A stretch of 63,971 nucleotides of DNA, filler included, from Kipferlia bialata (taxonomy: Eukaryota): NCBI GenBank assembly GCA_003568945.1. It is 6 parts of 6 records of this genome, joined end to end, with 100 filler letters (N's around TTAATTAATTAA, not from the genome) between each part and the next. Parts side by side here need not be neighbours in the genome. Positions count along the whole stretch, not along the records: positions 41,037 to 54,592 come from BDIP01000931.1; positions 54,693 to 61,087 come from BDIP01000969.1; 4 more parts are not named here. The stretch is one strand, 5' to 3'. The notes under the pieces are model-generated. The model had not been told where the DNA came from and searched no databases. It saw only the letters and a list, made by a program, of their open reading frames with translations. A program made the position numbers and the translations under genes. Positions within the stretch are counted from its first letter, which is position 1; every line of letters begins with the position of its first letter. This document shows positions 42,937-56,926 of this stretch, one piece after another.

Positions 42937-45900
42937 CTACTGCAGGTTCTCCCTCAGCCACCTGAGGTCCTTGGACATGGCAGAGTCGGGATGGGTGGAG
43001 ACCTAAGTGGTTGGTGTTTCTATATATATGTATATTATCATGAGTAAATATTTACTTGACGCCACAGACACAATGCTTGGACATTGGCAGAGTCGAGATA
43101 GTGACCTAGGAATGAGCAGTAATAATATTCAGAACCAACATGTACCGCCAGCGCTGCACACCGACATCATAGGATGCAGTGGTATACTTACGAAGTCCAT
43201 GGCTGATATAACCTCTAAGAGTATCGTGCATTCTCGACGAGATACTCTAAGATATGAATGTGAAAATTTTGCGTACCGCCTCCTCCACTATGCCTTGCAC
43301 ACCAAGGTCTCTCATGGTGATTCTGTTGGGGGCTAGGGTTACTGAGTAGGAAGAGTAGAAGCGACAGTACTACTGTCAAAGTAGTCATTATATATAGAGA
43401 GAGTGGGAGTACGATAGGACGTACGTGGGTCTGAGAGTGGCACAAGTGTGAGTGTCACCCACTCCAGCACTCGGGTGTCCTCCTTGTATCAGTAGTTAAT
43501 TTATATCATATATCATATATATATTATCATATATATATGTATGGTTACCTTGTGCTCTCTCATACAGTCCACCAGTAAGGCGATCCCTCCCTCCTCACTC
43601 ACTGTCACACTGGAGCCTGTGCCTACGTTAGACATTGTCGAATACATTTTGTTACATATACTGGGCATTCAATTCCATGAAGATGGCGAGACACAATGGT
43701 AATGCCAACACTCAGACTGGGACGTGGGGCAGACAGAGTGTCAATGAAAGTGTATAGGGCTGGATATGTGTGTATAGCGACTAAATACATAGATACATGC
43801 CTGTCTTGACCAGGTTGTACAGCTTCATGAGTGCACATATATATACATCTATAGTATATATAGTATATTTGTATACTACATATACTATACATATACTATA
43901 TACTATATATATATACTATATATATGGACGTANNNNNNNNNNNNNNNNNNNNNNNNNNNNNNNNNNNNNNNNNNNNNNNNNNNNNNNNNNNNNNNNNNNN
44001 NNNNNNNNNNNNNNNNNNNNNNNNNNNNNNNTACATCTATAGTATATATAGTATATGTATACCACATATACTATACATATACTATACATATATATTCTCC
44101 ATATAGACATACCTGTCTTAACTAGGTTGTACAGCTTCATGAGTGCACTGGTGACCTCGGCTGGGTCTCGCAGAGAGGCCTTGGTGAGATGAATAGATAC
44201 ATTCATATCAGATATTGAATCAGTATGGGCAAGCAATCATCAAATCAAAGATGTTCTTGTGACCACGGTTGGGTCAAGAAGAGATGCATGGGGTAAGTCA
44301 AACACATACAAATAGAAACTCACTACAGATAGAGAAGCATGGGATTAGTCTGACACATGCATTCACTACAGATTCTGAATACAGTAGTAGTGGAAAAACA
44401 GTCGTCTAATCAGAGTTGCACTATTGACTACGGAAAGGTAAAGCAGAGGGGGAAAGTGTGAGGCAGAGAGCCAAGCATGAGGACTCCTGGTATATCCCGT
44501 TAGGACAAGCTTCAAATCTCAACCACTATATAGCCTCATACCTTAACCTTTCCCAGGATGTCCCTATATATAATACCAATATCATGACTACATTATGGAT
44601 ATGTAGGGAGAATCTAGACACTCACACCCATCATACCCTGACCCTTCCAAGGATGTCCCTCACAGGTCCTGCTAGTGCATCTCTGACAGCACTGGGTAGC
44701 GCACTATGTAAGTGGACATATGGATACAGATGTATGGTGTTTACAACAATATGTTTTAAACACTTAGTGCCTCTCTTACAACACTGGGTAGAGAACTGCA
44801 GAGTGAGTAATTAGTAATCAGTGTATTGTTAGTATCCTTTGATTGGCTAGAGGACTGTGTAAGTGGACATATGGATACAGATGTAGTTATGTTGTTAAAC
44901 ACTTAGTGCCTCTCTGATAGCACTTGGTAGAGAACTGCAGAGTGAGTAATTAGTAATCAGCTTATTGTTAGTATCCTTTGATTGGCTAGAGGACTGTGTT
45001 AGTGGATATATGGATAATACTGAATAGAGTTTACAACACTCCATATAATATACACCTAGTGCCTCTCTAATAGTACTGGGTAGAGCACTGAATTATGAGT
45101 GATTATCATAACTAGACATAGTCACAAGTACTATCTATATTCTCCCAGTCATTTGTGTCCCATTTGTCTTACCTGGTGGCAGTACCACCAGGTAAGGTAA
45201 TATAGTGTATATACTATTGTCAGAAATCTTAGCCCTTGACGTCTGTGTTACCTAGTGGTACTTGGACGAGCATCATAATACCATTGAACTATTACAGTTG
45301 ATGTATGCTATAATTATAAGGAGTAATATTGTTACCTAGTTGTACTTGGCTGAGTACTGTAGCCAACAGGGGCGTCACTTGCATCATCATCTGTGGAGTC
45401 CTCCTCCCCCTCATCCCTGTCCATATCTTCCTCTCTCTCTCCCTCTTCTAAAGGAGACGTAGATGATCTCATTGAGACATCACTACCATGACCATCGAGT
45501 AGGGGAGAGGGAGAGAGAGAGCTAGCGGGGGACTCCTGTGAGGACTCGTCAATGGATGGAGAGAGAGAGGGAGAGTCGTGGAAGTCTGTGCCGAATGGAG
45601 AGTCGAATGGAGAGGGAGGGGGGCACGCATGGACTAGTGTTGTGGTAGTAGTTGATGTGGCTGGTTTCTCAGTGTGCTCTGCTGGTGGTAGGGAGTGACC
45701 CTTGTCGGTGAGTATGTATAGTATGCAGATTAAATATACATCTGTAGAGTATACACTATATAGGATACCTGTTCATATACTCTTATACACCCTTCCAATG
45801 TGCATTCACTATGGCACTCTGGACAGTGGTCAGGACAGGTGTATATCTATATATACATACTACCAGTGGTAGTCTACCACCAGTAAATTAGTATATTTCC

Positions 45901-46485
45901 TAATAGTATATACACACCTGCTCATACACTCGTATGCATCCATCTAATGTACACGGACTATGGCACTCTGGACAGTGGGCAGGGCAGGTGTGGTAGTTGG
46001 GGGTCTCGGTCTGGAACCACCTTCATATTAGGGCCGTGACGGAGTGATAGTCAGGGTGAACAGTGCTGCTGCTGCATTGGCTACTTCAGGAGAGACTTGT
46101 TATATGTCTAAGTACCTCTTGATACACTCCAGGTGGTACGTATGACCATAGGGATTGAATATCTGTCGCTGTACATATGTACATACCCATCCATTGGTTG
46201 ATATATATGAGCATACCTCTTGATACACTCCAGGTGGTATAGGTGGCCACATGGTGTGACTACAAAGGGACCACTCTCACCTGCAAGAGTGAGTGGGCAA
46301 AGGATAAGTACTCTCGGCATCCATACCACATGGATATAGGAACTCATACTGATACAGTATTCCAACTATATATTAGTATATATATGTTGCCCACTCACCA
46401 TCCAGACATATCAGGCAGTCCAGGATCATGCAGAGGTCTGTCCTCTTTCCCTAACACAAACCACTTACGCACCGCTGAATACCAT
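42937..46485 (-). CDS. RING-H2 finger protein with acidic linker and ARM-like C-terminus (putative E3 ligase)
   Basis: CLICLD|GESGPFVVTPCGHLYHLECIK...CPEC; acidic exon at ~45338-45700; VSEEGGIALLVDCMREHK and NRITMRDLGV are ARM-like. One junction near 46020-46080 is uncertain. Confidence 0.7.
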
Positions 46486-46894
46486 CCGTGCGTGTATATC
46501 AGACTAGACTCAGTGTTGCGAGGGTCTTTGTAGAGTGATGCCCTCAGACATAGCAATATCGAGAGACACTGGTGATAGAGTAAAGACTCTTGAATACTAC
46601 TTCGAACAAAGTATAAGAGAGTTCGGGAAGACTAGAGGGAGAGAAGGTTACAAAATAGAGGACATAGCAGGCCTCCTTGGAGACTGAGAACAGAGTGAAT
46701 ACAGTGGATCTACTGGAACTCGAAACAAAAAGCTCTACACCCTTTCCCAGCAGTACTACACCCTTTTCTCAGCTCAGACGTGCAAAAATTAGTGTGCCCA
46801 CTGGCGGCAGTGGTTCAAGCGACCTAGAACCCGCGCTAGGCCAGAGAGAGCCGAGAGTTACTCCCATTGTGCAGCAGACCTTCCGTTTGCGGCA

Positions 46895-49135
46895 ATGGCA
46901 GACCCTAGGGCGGCCAGGCGGATCCGCAATCAGATTGAGGGCGATCTAGCGAGTGTTAAGAGGCGTCAGGGCCTTTCCAACCTGCAGGAGGATGAGATGA
47001 GGGCTTTGGATAGGCTGGGGCAGTACCAGAGGCAGATCAGCACCCATGAGGTGCAGAATGTGCCTGTTCCTGTCCCCTCAGCGCCATCCAGGCTAGGTGG
47101 GTGCTCTAGTCTCTCTCTTTGTGCCGTATACTAGGCCTCCCATGCTCTCTGTTCACCTGATATGCACTATATCTAGTTGCCCCTGTATATATGTTCCATA
47201 TATTGACCCCAGGCCAGAACTACGCCATGCCCCCCTCTGCCCCACCCCCCAGAATCAAGGTGAGGCATATGCACTAGGACACTATGTGTGTATATAGTGC
47301 TACATACTGTTACACTCTTCTACACATACCTATATTATAATAGACATATGTACGTATGCCTATCATCTCTCTGCCACCCCCCTGCATCAAGGTGGTAGCT
47401 ATACCCTTGGATGTATACACATACTACTACTACTACTACATGAGCATATTATTCATGTGTATGCACAACTACATGCAACACAATGAGACATTGGGTTTTT
47501 ATGTTTCACTTGTCTATTATAGACACGCACGTGCACACGCACAGTATTTATGGCGATATATATTGTGTATTCCCCCGTTCTGACCCCTAGGTTCCTGGAA
47601 GGCTGAGGCAGTTCTCAAGGCCACCCATGATGTCAGGTACTCATATACATGTATATATAGTTATGGGAATGTACTTGTATACATGAATATATAGTTATAT
47701 ACCATATAGGTACCTATCTGTTTGGCCACCCATGGTGTCAGGTACTCATACTTGTGGATATAGTAATATACATGTGTGTTCACTGGTACCAGCTGTCTGT
47801 GTACCCAGACACATCCACCCACACCGACCCACCCTCTCTCTCTCTCTTTCTCTCTATCTCTCTCTCTCTGTCTCTCTATGCGCGTATAATATATGGATAT
47901 ATGTGTGTATTCCTCACCCCCCAGGTGCCATGGGTGGCAGGTCAGACTCCACACTATCTCTCTCAATATGTATATACACATACACTAATATATATACATA
48001 CCCCTTATCTCAGGTGCCATGGGTGGTAGGTCAGACTCCAGACTTTGTCTCTCTCTCTCTCTCTCTCTCTCTCTTATATATATATATATACACCACTCAT
48101 ACATATACCTTATCCCAGGTGCCATGGGTGGTAGGTCAGACTCCAGACATGTCACTCTATATGTATATATGTATATATGTATATACATATACTACTCATA
48201 CATACCCCTTATCCCAGGTGCCATGGGTGGCAGGTCAGACTCCAGACCAGCCAGTGGACAGCGCAGTGCAAGGTATAATTACATATATATTATGCACATA
48301 GTATATAGTACTACACTACTATATATATACTATATATATTTGTATTATTGTGTACTAGCCAGTGAACAGGGCAGTGCAAGGTATGTATGTGTACAAACAT
48401 ATACATTTATTTTGTAGTGTGTAACACTTGTATCCTCTGCCGGAACTAGTCTCTCTCCCTACCCCCTTATTCTAGGTCCCGTGTTTCCTCTGCCGGACCA
48501 AGTCTCTCTCTCTCTCTCTCTCCCTACCCCCTTATTCTAGGTCCCGTGTTTCCTCTGCCAGACCAAGTCTCTCTCTCTCTCTCTCTCTCTATCCACTTAT
48601 TCTAGGTCCCGTGTGTCCTCTGCCAGGCCTGGTAGCAGGGGCATGGAGACCAGACATGCAACCACGTCCCAGAACATGGTGTGTATATATACACATACAT
48701 ATACACACATATATATACACACCCATCTCCAGCTTCAACACATTAATCTATATATATATATATATGGAGACCAGACATGCAACCACGTCCCAGAACATGG
48801 TATGGATATGAACATATATATATGTACTATATACACCCTATACACTGTATCTTCAACTGACCACTTCTCTCTCTCTCTCTCTACCCCCTTAATCTCTAGG
48901 TTGCCAGACCATCCACCAGACAGGCACATTGTATGTATATACACAAATAGTTCTCTGTATATATGTATATATGTATACTATGTATGTACCCTTTATTTCT
49001 AGGTTGCCAGGCCATCCACCAGACAGGCCAAGTCTCTCTCTCTCTCTCTCTCTCTCCACACCCTTAATATCCAGGTTGCCAGGCCCTCCACCAGACAGGC
49101 CCAGGAGTTCAAGAGCAGGCCCAGTGAGAGGATAG
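46895..49135 (+). CDS. Hypothetical Arg/Ser-rich protein, 3' end not found
   Basis: MADPRAARRIRNQIEGDL...|ARTTPC...|VPGRLRQF...|GAMGGRSDSRP...|SRVSSARPGSRG...|VARPSTRQAQEFKSRPSERI, ending at a GT donor. Confidence 0.6.
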
Positions 49136-49198
49136 GTATGTACATTATAGATATCACCAGAGGGGGAGCCTCTCTCTCTCACACACCCCTCACATATA

Positions 49199-49234
<36 letters not shown>

Positions 49235-49310
49235 TCTTTTTTCCCCTACGTATGATCTGTCTCTCTCTCTATTGCACTTCTATGTATGTTCCCTTCCTGA
49301 ATATCCAATA

Positions 49311-49354
<44 letters not shown>

Positions 49355-49558
49355 ATGTATCTATGTATGTATATCCATGTAGAGTTCACTCTGACTCTCA
49401 GTAGCATACGAGTTGCCATCACTCTGGTCAAGACCCATTGATCGATTGATCGATTGATTGATTGATTGATTGACAATAGGGGTGGAGACGAGATACATAG
49501 ACTAGAGCAGAACTGAATCAATAAGGACATTGGTTACGAGAGAGACGGAGAGGGAGAG

Positions 49559-52500
49559 ATGTCTGGTCTTATCCCAATTCAGGTATGTGCAGAGCACATA
49601 TATATGGAATGGTAGTGTAAAAGGGTTCCGAATACGTTGTAGGGAATACTCCATATTGGCGCTGTTTCTGCACTCTCCTTAATTTAATGAACAGACATCT
49701 CATCCTGCAAGGGATATGCATGTATTGTGGGTATTGACACCAGAATGATATTCTAAAGCCATACTCATTCTATGACATCTTCAATCGCAAAGATATCCCC
49801 CCCCCCCCTCTCTCAATATACAGCATAGTGCATCATGTGTAAATTGTCTACTAATAGAGATCCAACCCAAGGACGTTGACGCAATATACACCCCCCACCC
49901 TCTATCTCTATATATACATAGTATATATACATAGTATATACAGTAGAATTGTAGGATAACAGAAGATATAGTATAAACATTGATTGCGTAGTGTACTGAT
50001 ACAGGTTAGTCCCAAGGATGGCTGCACTGGCTGTTAGCTAGTATCTACCCCCTCTATATGTATATTGAGTAAGCATATTTATATATATATATGCTGTACC
50101 TAACACAGATACGACCCAATTACATTAATACACTGTACTGTACCTAATACAGGTTAGACCCAAGGATGATTGGTCTGGCTGGGATGACTGGGCACAGGGG
50201 GTTCACCCACGGTTGGTGAAGGCTGTGAAAGCCTCGGCTATGGGGGGAGTGGTAAGTAGATCTCTCTAATTACCCTATTGTTCATATTGTTTAGTTATGT
50301 AGCAATAATTTGAAATCAAGTATGTGGTGCCGATTCAGACGCAATATCAAGTATCGTAATTATATTACACTCTTTACGTTCTACAGTATCTCTGGCGGCA
50401 GAAGGATTTGATTACTGCGCACTAGACGTCTCTGTAACACAAGCTGAGGTGTCACCGTGTACCACTGGCACCCACTGATGTGGACGCCCTCGCCCAGGCC
50501 CTTTATCACATGCCCCGCCTAGAATCGGTGAGTCAGTCACTGTTTGTGATTATAATACATTGCACTGAAACATAATACAGTATATTATAGACCCTCTACC
50601 ACATGCCACGTCTCGAGTCGGTGAGTGGGTTACTCTATTCATTCTCTGTTTCATATAAAGTATTGATATATTGTATATTGAGTGATTATTAATTAGATAT
50701 CGTATTGGATATTGTAGTATATGGTTTGAGCATTGGAGGAGTGGTACATGCATTTACAGACATATTGATGTTAACCTGTACCAACACTCGTATATTCTCT
50801 GTCTTATCTCATTGCAGCTTCGGTTGTCAAACAACAACATCGGAGACAAGGCCATGGAGGTGCTAGCAGGGGCCATAGGCAGTTTGACTAGTCTTACTGA
50901 GGTGGGCGTTCACTTTCTACTGCTGTCATTTATGTAGTGTCCCACGTTATGATTATTGCTACTATAAAGATAGTGCGTAAATGACTGTGCTTTTGGTTAT
51001 CGATACAGCGACACTATTACCTCAGAGTTCACTACAAGCTACCTATACATCATACTTCAATATACAGTTACTCTACAAATGACCTTAGCTGCATCTCAGA
51101 GATGATGATCTTGGCGACACTGGCGTCACTCTCCTCGCCGCTTTCCTGCCCAGTCTCAAGAACCTCACACATGTATGTTCTATCTCTATTATAGTATTAG
51201 TAATACACTGGACTCATTGTGTATCATCTGTATTCATATGTAGATTCTATATAGAGAAATTTCTGTTTCAAACATCTTCAATAGGATTTATGGCACCACT
51301 CTTACTCCTCTCATGCATGTTTAACCACAGCTGGATCTGAGTTCTAACCATATTGGAAATGCAGGCGTCGCTAGTCTGGCCGAGCAAGTTCCCTACCTTC
51401 CACTCTCTACGGTGGGTCCACCATACAACATTCGATGTACATGTTTTAGGCCCAGTATTATTAACCTCATCATATCAGCACCTGAATTAGTGTCAAGAGT
51501 TGATATGCTCTCACCATAGCTACACCTGATGAACAATCGTATTGCAGATGCTGGTGCCATTGCCCTATCGAAGAACCTCCCAATGATCACGAGTCTGGAC
51601 ACGGTGAGTGAAAGAAAATGCGGTGTTCGATTATTGCATTGCAATATATATACTTCCAGTTTCTATTTTAAACGTACATTGCAAAGTACACCGGCAATTT
51701 ATACCAGCTGTGGATGTATGACAATCAAGTGGGACCAAGAGGGGAAGCGTCTCTAGCTGAGGCCCTGCCAAACATGACCAGTATGCAGGTGCGCTCCATA
51801 CACAATAGTATATGGTTATATGTTTCTTCTAATTCCTCTTGTACACCTTGTGAATCTCGATGACTTCCTGTCTTACCCATGTACTTGAGGTATCTCTATC
51901 CCCACATGCAGAGGGCAATGAACTCTCTCTCTCTCAGTTGCACACCCACACAGGCTGATGGTCTCCCTGGTATTGGCTTCCAGGGATGGCCCAGATGGAA
52001 GAGAGAGACACACAGGGATATTGTAGAGGCTGTCGCAGAGTGTCGGAAGAGGGGGGGCACCAAGGTATGATATATACTACTCATATATATACCCATATGT
52101 GCACAACACGACTTATCTACTCGTGTACGTGGAGAGTATATTCTCAAAGTGTATATGTATACTGAAATAGTGGATGGATGCATACGATTCATTCTGACAA
52201 CACCTAACAATTATTCATCAATATGATAGTGGCTGAAAGTCAGCGTTCCCTGCCTTCCAATGCCTTATGTAGTACAATTACTTCTTTGACACTAGCTGAG
52301 CTACACAGTTGGAGTTGCTGCGGAGAGGGAACTGCATGATCAGGATCTCTCGGCTCTGTCTCAGGCTCTGAAGCACTTGCCACGCCTGACAGAGGTATAT
52401 TAGCAAATATATTATTACTATATATATTGTATGTATTATATATATATAGTATCTTGCGATTACAGAGAAGGCAGCTGTTCCTGGTACATAGCGGTGTCTA

Positions 52501-54592
52501 TACACCTATTAGTCCTCTTTTCAAACACGACTCAACTCAGCTGGACTTGAGTGGCAATGGGCTTCCAGATACTAGTCTACGGTCACTTACCAGCGGGATA
52601 CGTAGTTGCAAACACCTAATCGAGGTGAGTTTTCACTTGATGAGGGAGCAATCAGTCCATAATTGTGGTTCTTCATATACAATCTATGCTCTCAATGCTC
52701 TCTAATTTAGCTCAACCTCGACGAGAACCGCCTTCTGTTCATTGGTGCTGCCGAATTGTTTTACGCCCTCGGTGACCTCAAGTCCCTGGAAACGGTAAGT
52801 TTAGAACAGTTATACATCTTCCACTAATCATTGTTCAGAGTGTATTTGAATTCATACTTTTCATCGTTCATTCAACAACGGGTAATCACACACATGCCAT
52901 CAACCCACCCCAGCTGAGACTGTCACACAACAACATAGGGAACTCTGGGGCCATGTGTCTTGCTGATACGCTCTCCAAGTTACCAAATATTAGGACGGTG
53001 AGTACTATGTTGATAGTTACTGTGTGTATCGCGGGAGTGTTGGAATGGAGAGACAGTGTTCTTAGGCTTACTCCAGCTGTCTATCAATGGCAACAATATA
53101 GGAGAGGCTGGCTCGATCAGCCTCACAGCAGCGCTCCCCAAGGTGCCCTGTATGCAGGTGGGCCTCTATGTCTGTCCAACTTTGTATACATCACTGTAAT
53201 TTTCTATCTTGACTATGTATATCTGTGGAGAACTGACCTCAGCAACGTGACTTTCCTGGTATTGGGTGGCAGAACTACGCCATCTGGACTGAAGAGTCTC
53301 CGGATGTTGTTGTCCAAGGTGTGAACGACTGCCGGCGTCACAAGAGCACTGAGGTAGGATACATCAAGACGTGAATACTATGTTGTCAGTAGTAAGTAGT
53401 GTTCAGTTGCATGTAATCTACTTGCCCTCCTGTTGTTGTCGACAGCTAATCGCAGCTCTCATTCGCAAACACCCACATTGGTGGAGATGGAGTGACAGCG
53501 GTGGCCCGAGTCCTATCACAACTGCCTGGTCTGACCTTGGTATAACATATCTATATAGATTCCCATACTATTGATAATACTATGTTCCCTATCAACTCTC
53601 TCCCTATCTGAGACTCTCACATGTCAAGCTAGATCTCAGTGGAACTAAGATGACAGACCATGGTGTGACTGTTCTCTCTGAGACTCTCCCCTATCTCTCC
53701 AGCCTTGAGACGGTACGTAGAGTATCCCTTACAATACGTTAACGTCACTTCCCTAATATGCTCCCTACAGATTGGTGTGTGTGAGTACATGAATATGTGC
53801 AAACTATGCTCTCTGTATTTATACATGCATTGACACTAGCTGTCTCTCCAGCGCAATAACATCGGGACAACTGGGGTATTTGCCCTTTGTGGAGTCCTTC
53901 TCCGCTTGCCCCGACTAAAGAGAGTACGTAGCTCGGTAACACAATAGTTCTCATGGACATTATTCGATAGTGTATAGATGTATACTTGTCAAGGTATTTG
54001 GACACATTTACTCAAGTCTGATACTCTCTCCGAGGTTCTATTCATAGATTCCACTTATGCTCCAGCTGCATTTAGAGGACAACAAGATAGGACCCAATAG
54101 TGCGGCAAACCTGTTTGCTACTCTTCCCAACATGGAGAGTATGCAGGTAACCTGCTTGGAATTTTGTGCTGAATGCACACAATTTTATATACACAGACTT
54201 GTGTATATATGTGTCGTATGTATCTCTGGATTTGTGCTACTGGGGTTCTGACTGTCACCTCTGAATATATATGTCTTCCATAGTATAGTCTGCACATATG
54301 TTCTTTGGTTCTGACTGCCAGTCCAGTGGAGAACCCGGGGTTGGATATCAGACAATGCACGGACGGGAGAACCATCAGACGAAGCGGGAGAAGAAGCAAC
54401 AGAGAGAGAAGGCGAGAAGAGAGAAGATGAGAGAGGAGAGAGAGAGAAAGGAAACGGAGAGGAAGAGGAAAGAGAAGGAGAGAGAGGAGAGAGAGAGACT
54501 CCTGCAGGAGAGGAGAGAGGTGAAGGAGAGGGAGAGGAAGGAGAGAGAGAGGAAGAGAAAGGAGGAGCAAGAGAGACAGAGGGTGGAGAGAG
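49559..54592 (+). CDS. Ribonuclease-inhibitor-type LRR protein (15 LRR exons in three blocks) with C-terminal E/R/K coiled coil; 3' truncated
   Basis: Phase-0 exons, mostly 81-84 nt, each encoding one LxLxxNxIGxxGxxxLAxxLxxxxxLxx repeat, e.g. 50818-50901, 51520-51603, 52914-52997, 54066-54146. Confidence 0.9.
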
Positions 54593-54692
54593 NNNNNNNN
54601 NNNNNNNNNNNNNNNNNNNNNNNNNNNNNNNNNNNNTTAATTAATTAANNNNNNNNNNNNNNNNNNNNNNNNNNNNNNNNNNNNNNNNNNNN
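54593..54692. other. Artificial scaffold linker
   Basis: N run containing TTAATTAATTAA. Confidence 0.95.
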
Positions 54693-55284
54693 GTGCCCCA
54701 TCCCACCACCCCCCCACCCCCCCCCCCCCCCACCTCTATGTCCTCATGTGCATATGACACCATCCTCACAAGGGCGTTCTCCATCCAAGGGGCAATGCGG
54801 TTGCCTGAGGGGAGAATCTATCTAAACATCACATACCCATCAACACTGGGGCACCAACCATCCACCCTATGACCCACACCCACACCCACCCATGTAGGAC
54901 TGAATACCCGTGTGCTGATGCTTGTCCATAGCAAGGGTCCCACTGATACTGACAGTGTGTATTAATAGTGGAACCCAAGGAGAAGCCGTCGAGGTGATCG
55001 TTTGTTACTTGATCATTCCCCGGCACCCTTAGATCTACTCTCAAAGTGACTCAGTCACTGTGACTGTGGCTTTCTGCCTGTATCGCAGGTACACACCAAC
55101 ATCTAGGAAGAAGGCACCTACCCTCGGCCTCTGAATAGACAGGGACCCCCATTCAAACAACCAACACATAATTGACACTATCTATACACTGATATACAAA
55201 CTCGAAGACGATAAACGAAAACATAGAAAGACTGCCTCCCACCGAAATGGATATCAGGACTCAGGGCAATGTCCTAACAATGTA

Positions 55285-56831
55285 CTACGGCATACACTCT
55301 GCGTGCACCCACACCCCTCTCTCCCCCCTGGCGTCACTGACGGCCAGCACCGACAGGGGCAGGTTGTGTACACTGAGCAGTGTGGTGGGGAAGAGGGGAA
55401 GGGCCGAGACAGAGTCCGGCTGGTTGCTCCATAGCACTGCTGAGGCGTATCTAGCCTCTGGACTATCCTCCATGGATGTGTCCCCCATATCTAGGCACTC
55501 ATCGGTATGATGTACAAGGGAACATGCCACACCTCCCACCGAGGGTATGCCCCTGAGGATACTGCCACACACAGCACAGGGGGTGCTAGGGGTCAGGGGG
55601 GGGGGGAGACGTAGTAGAAGAATATGGAAATACAAATGTATAGTATACAGGATAGATACACTGTACCTGGGCACTGTGGAGCATGCTATGAAGACACCCA
55701 GCATACACCTCATGCGTAGGGCTGCAGCCACCCTGCCGTCCAGCACCCCCCCTGCTGCCTGGGAGGTGAGCGCAGCACACACAGACTCAACAAGGGCTGT
55801 GGCTACAGGCTGTAGGAGGGAGGACAGGGGAGGGGCGTCAGAGTATCGCTCAGTCATGCGGGGTGTGTGAGGGGGAGAGTGGAGGGTCAGACCCACTGGC
55901 CGGTAGGGCTTCTTCCCATCTGGTCCCAGGGAGAGTGTGATTGTGCCGCAGAGAGTGGATGCCGCAAGAGAGACCCCTGCCAGTGTGTCCTCCACCAGTG
56001 GGACACGGCCTGGCTTGGTATCGGGTACATCAGAGTCCTCGTCCTGGGGGGAGAGGGGGGGGGGGTATTAGTATCTGTATATGAATCTAGAGAGGATAGA
56101 CAGTAGGAGAAGGGGGGAGGGGGGGGTATCGCTGATGGGATTCATTCTGTATGTATATATGTGTGTGTGACTGTCCCTCACCTCCGACTCCGATATCCCC
56201 CCCTCATAGTCTGTGGGTTCATCACTGCTGGACACCTCGTGGTTCAGGTCAGCCTGGGGGTAGGGGAGGGGCGTAGACAATAGCATACATGGGTGTCAGG
56301 CTAATGAGAACAGAAGGATTATCCCGGTGTGGTCTCTCCTCTCCATACCTTGACTGTAGCCCGTCTGATGCTGGCCATCAGAGAGTCCAGACGCTCAAAG
56401 GTGGTTGCATTCCGACCATCCCCCTCTCCCACAGCCCCCTCCCCGTCCTGTGTGGGTATAGCGGACCACAGCGGTGTGAAGGACACGCTGCACAGGTCAG
56501 ACAGTGCCACGAGGTACTGGGCAAGGAGATCACTGGGGTGAGGGGAGGGGGATATATGATGCAGTTAAAGAGATACAAGGAACATACTATATGTGAACTG
56601 GAAGTGTGGAGACAACTAGAGGGGGAAAGAGAGAGTTGAAGACACGTCCAACATGTCAGGTCATTTGACTCACTTTCGATCCAGATGGCCCGGCTGGAAT
56701 CGCCGCAGATAGTCCTGCATCTGTGCACTAATAGGTATGTGCTCCATCACGCCTCTCCCCCACCCCAGGCGGTCAAGGATGCAAGAGGTAAGAGGAGCTA
56801 CGCTCTCTACCCAATTCGGGTTGTGTGTCAT
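55285..56831 (-). CDS. Hypothetical protein, 5 exons, possible split zinc-binding motif (CAVC...HAEC)
   Basis: Exons join in frame from MTHNPNW to ...WVHAECMP*; no family recognised. Confidence 0.6.
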
Positions 56832-56926
56832 GTCAAAACGGAACAAATCTCAGACCCGGTCGCCAGGTCCCAACTTCTCAGACATAGTGGTCACAGAACC
56901 GGCCATAGTGCACCATCCAATCTGAA
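56832..56926. promoter_or_regulatory. Putative compact bidirectional promoter (95 bp between divergent ATGs)
   Basis: Predicted start codons at 56831 (-) and 56927 (+). Confidence 0.45.

Noticed and set aside
52309..52394. Apparent frameshifted 86-nt LRR exon
   Set aside because: Using the upstream acceptor at 52295 gives a 99-nt in-frame exon.
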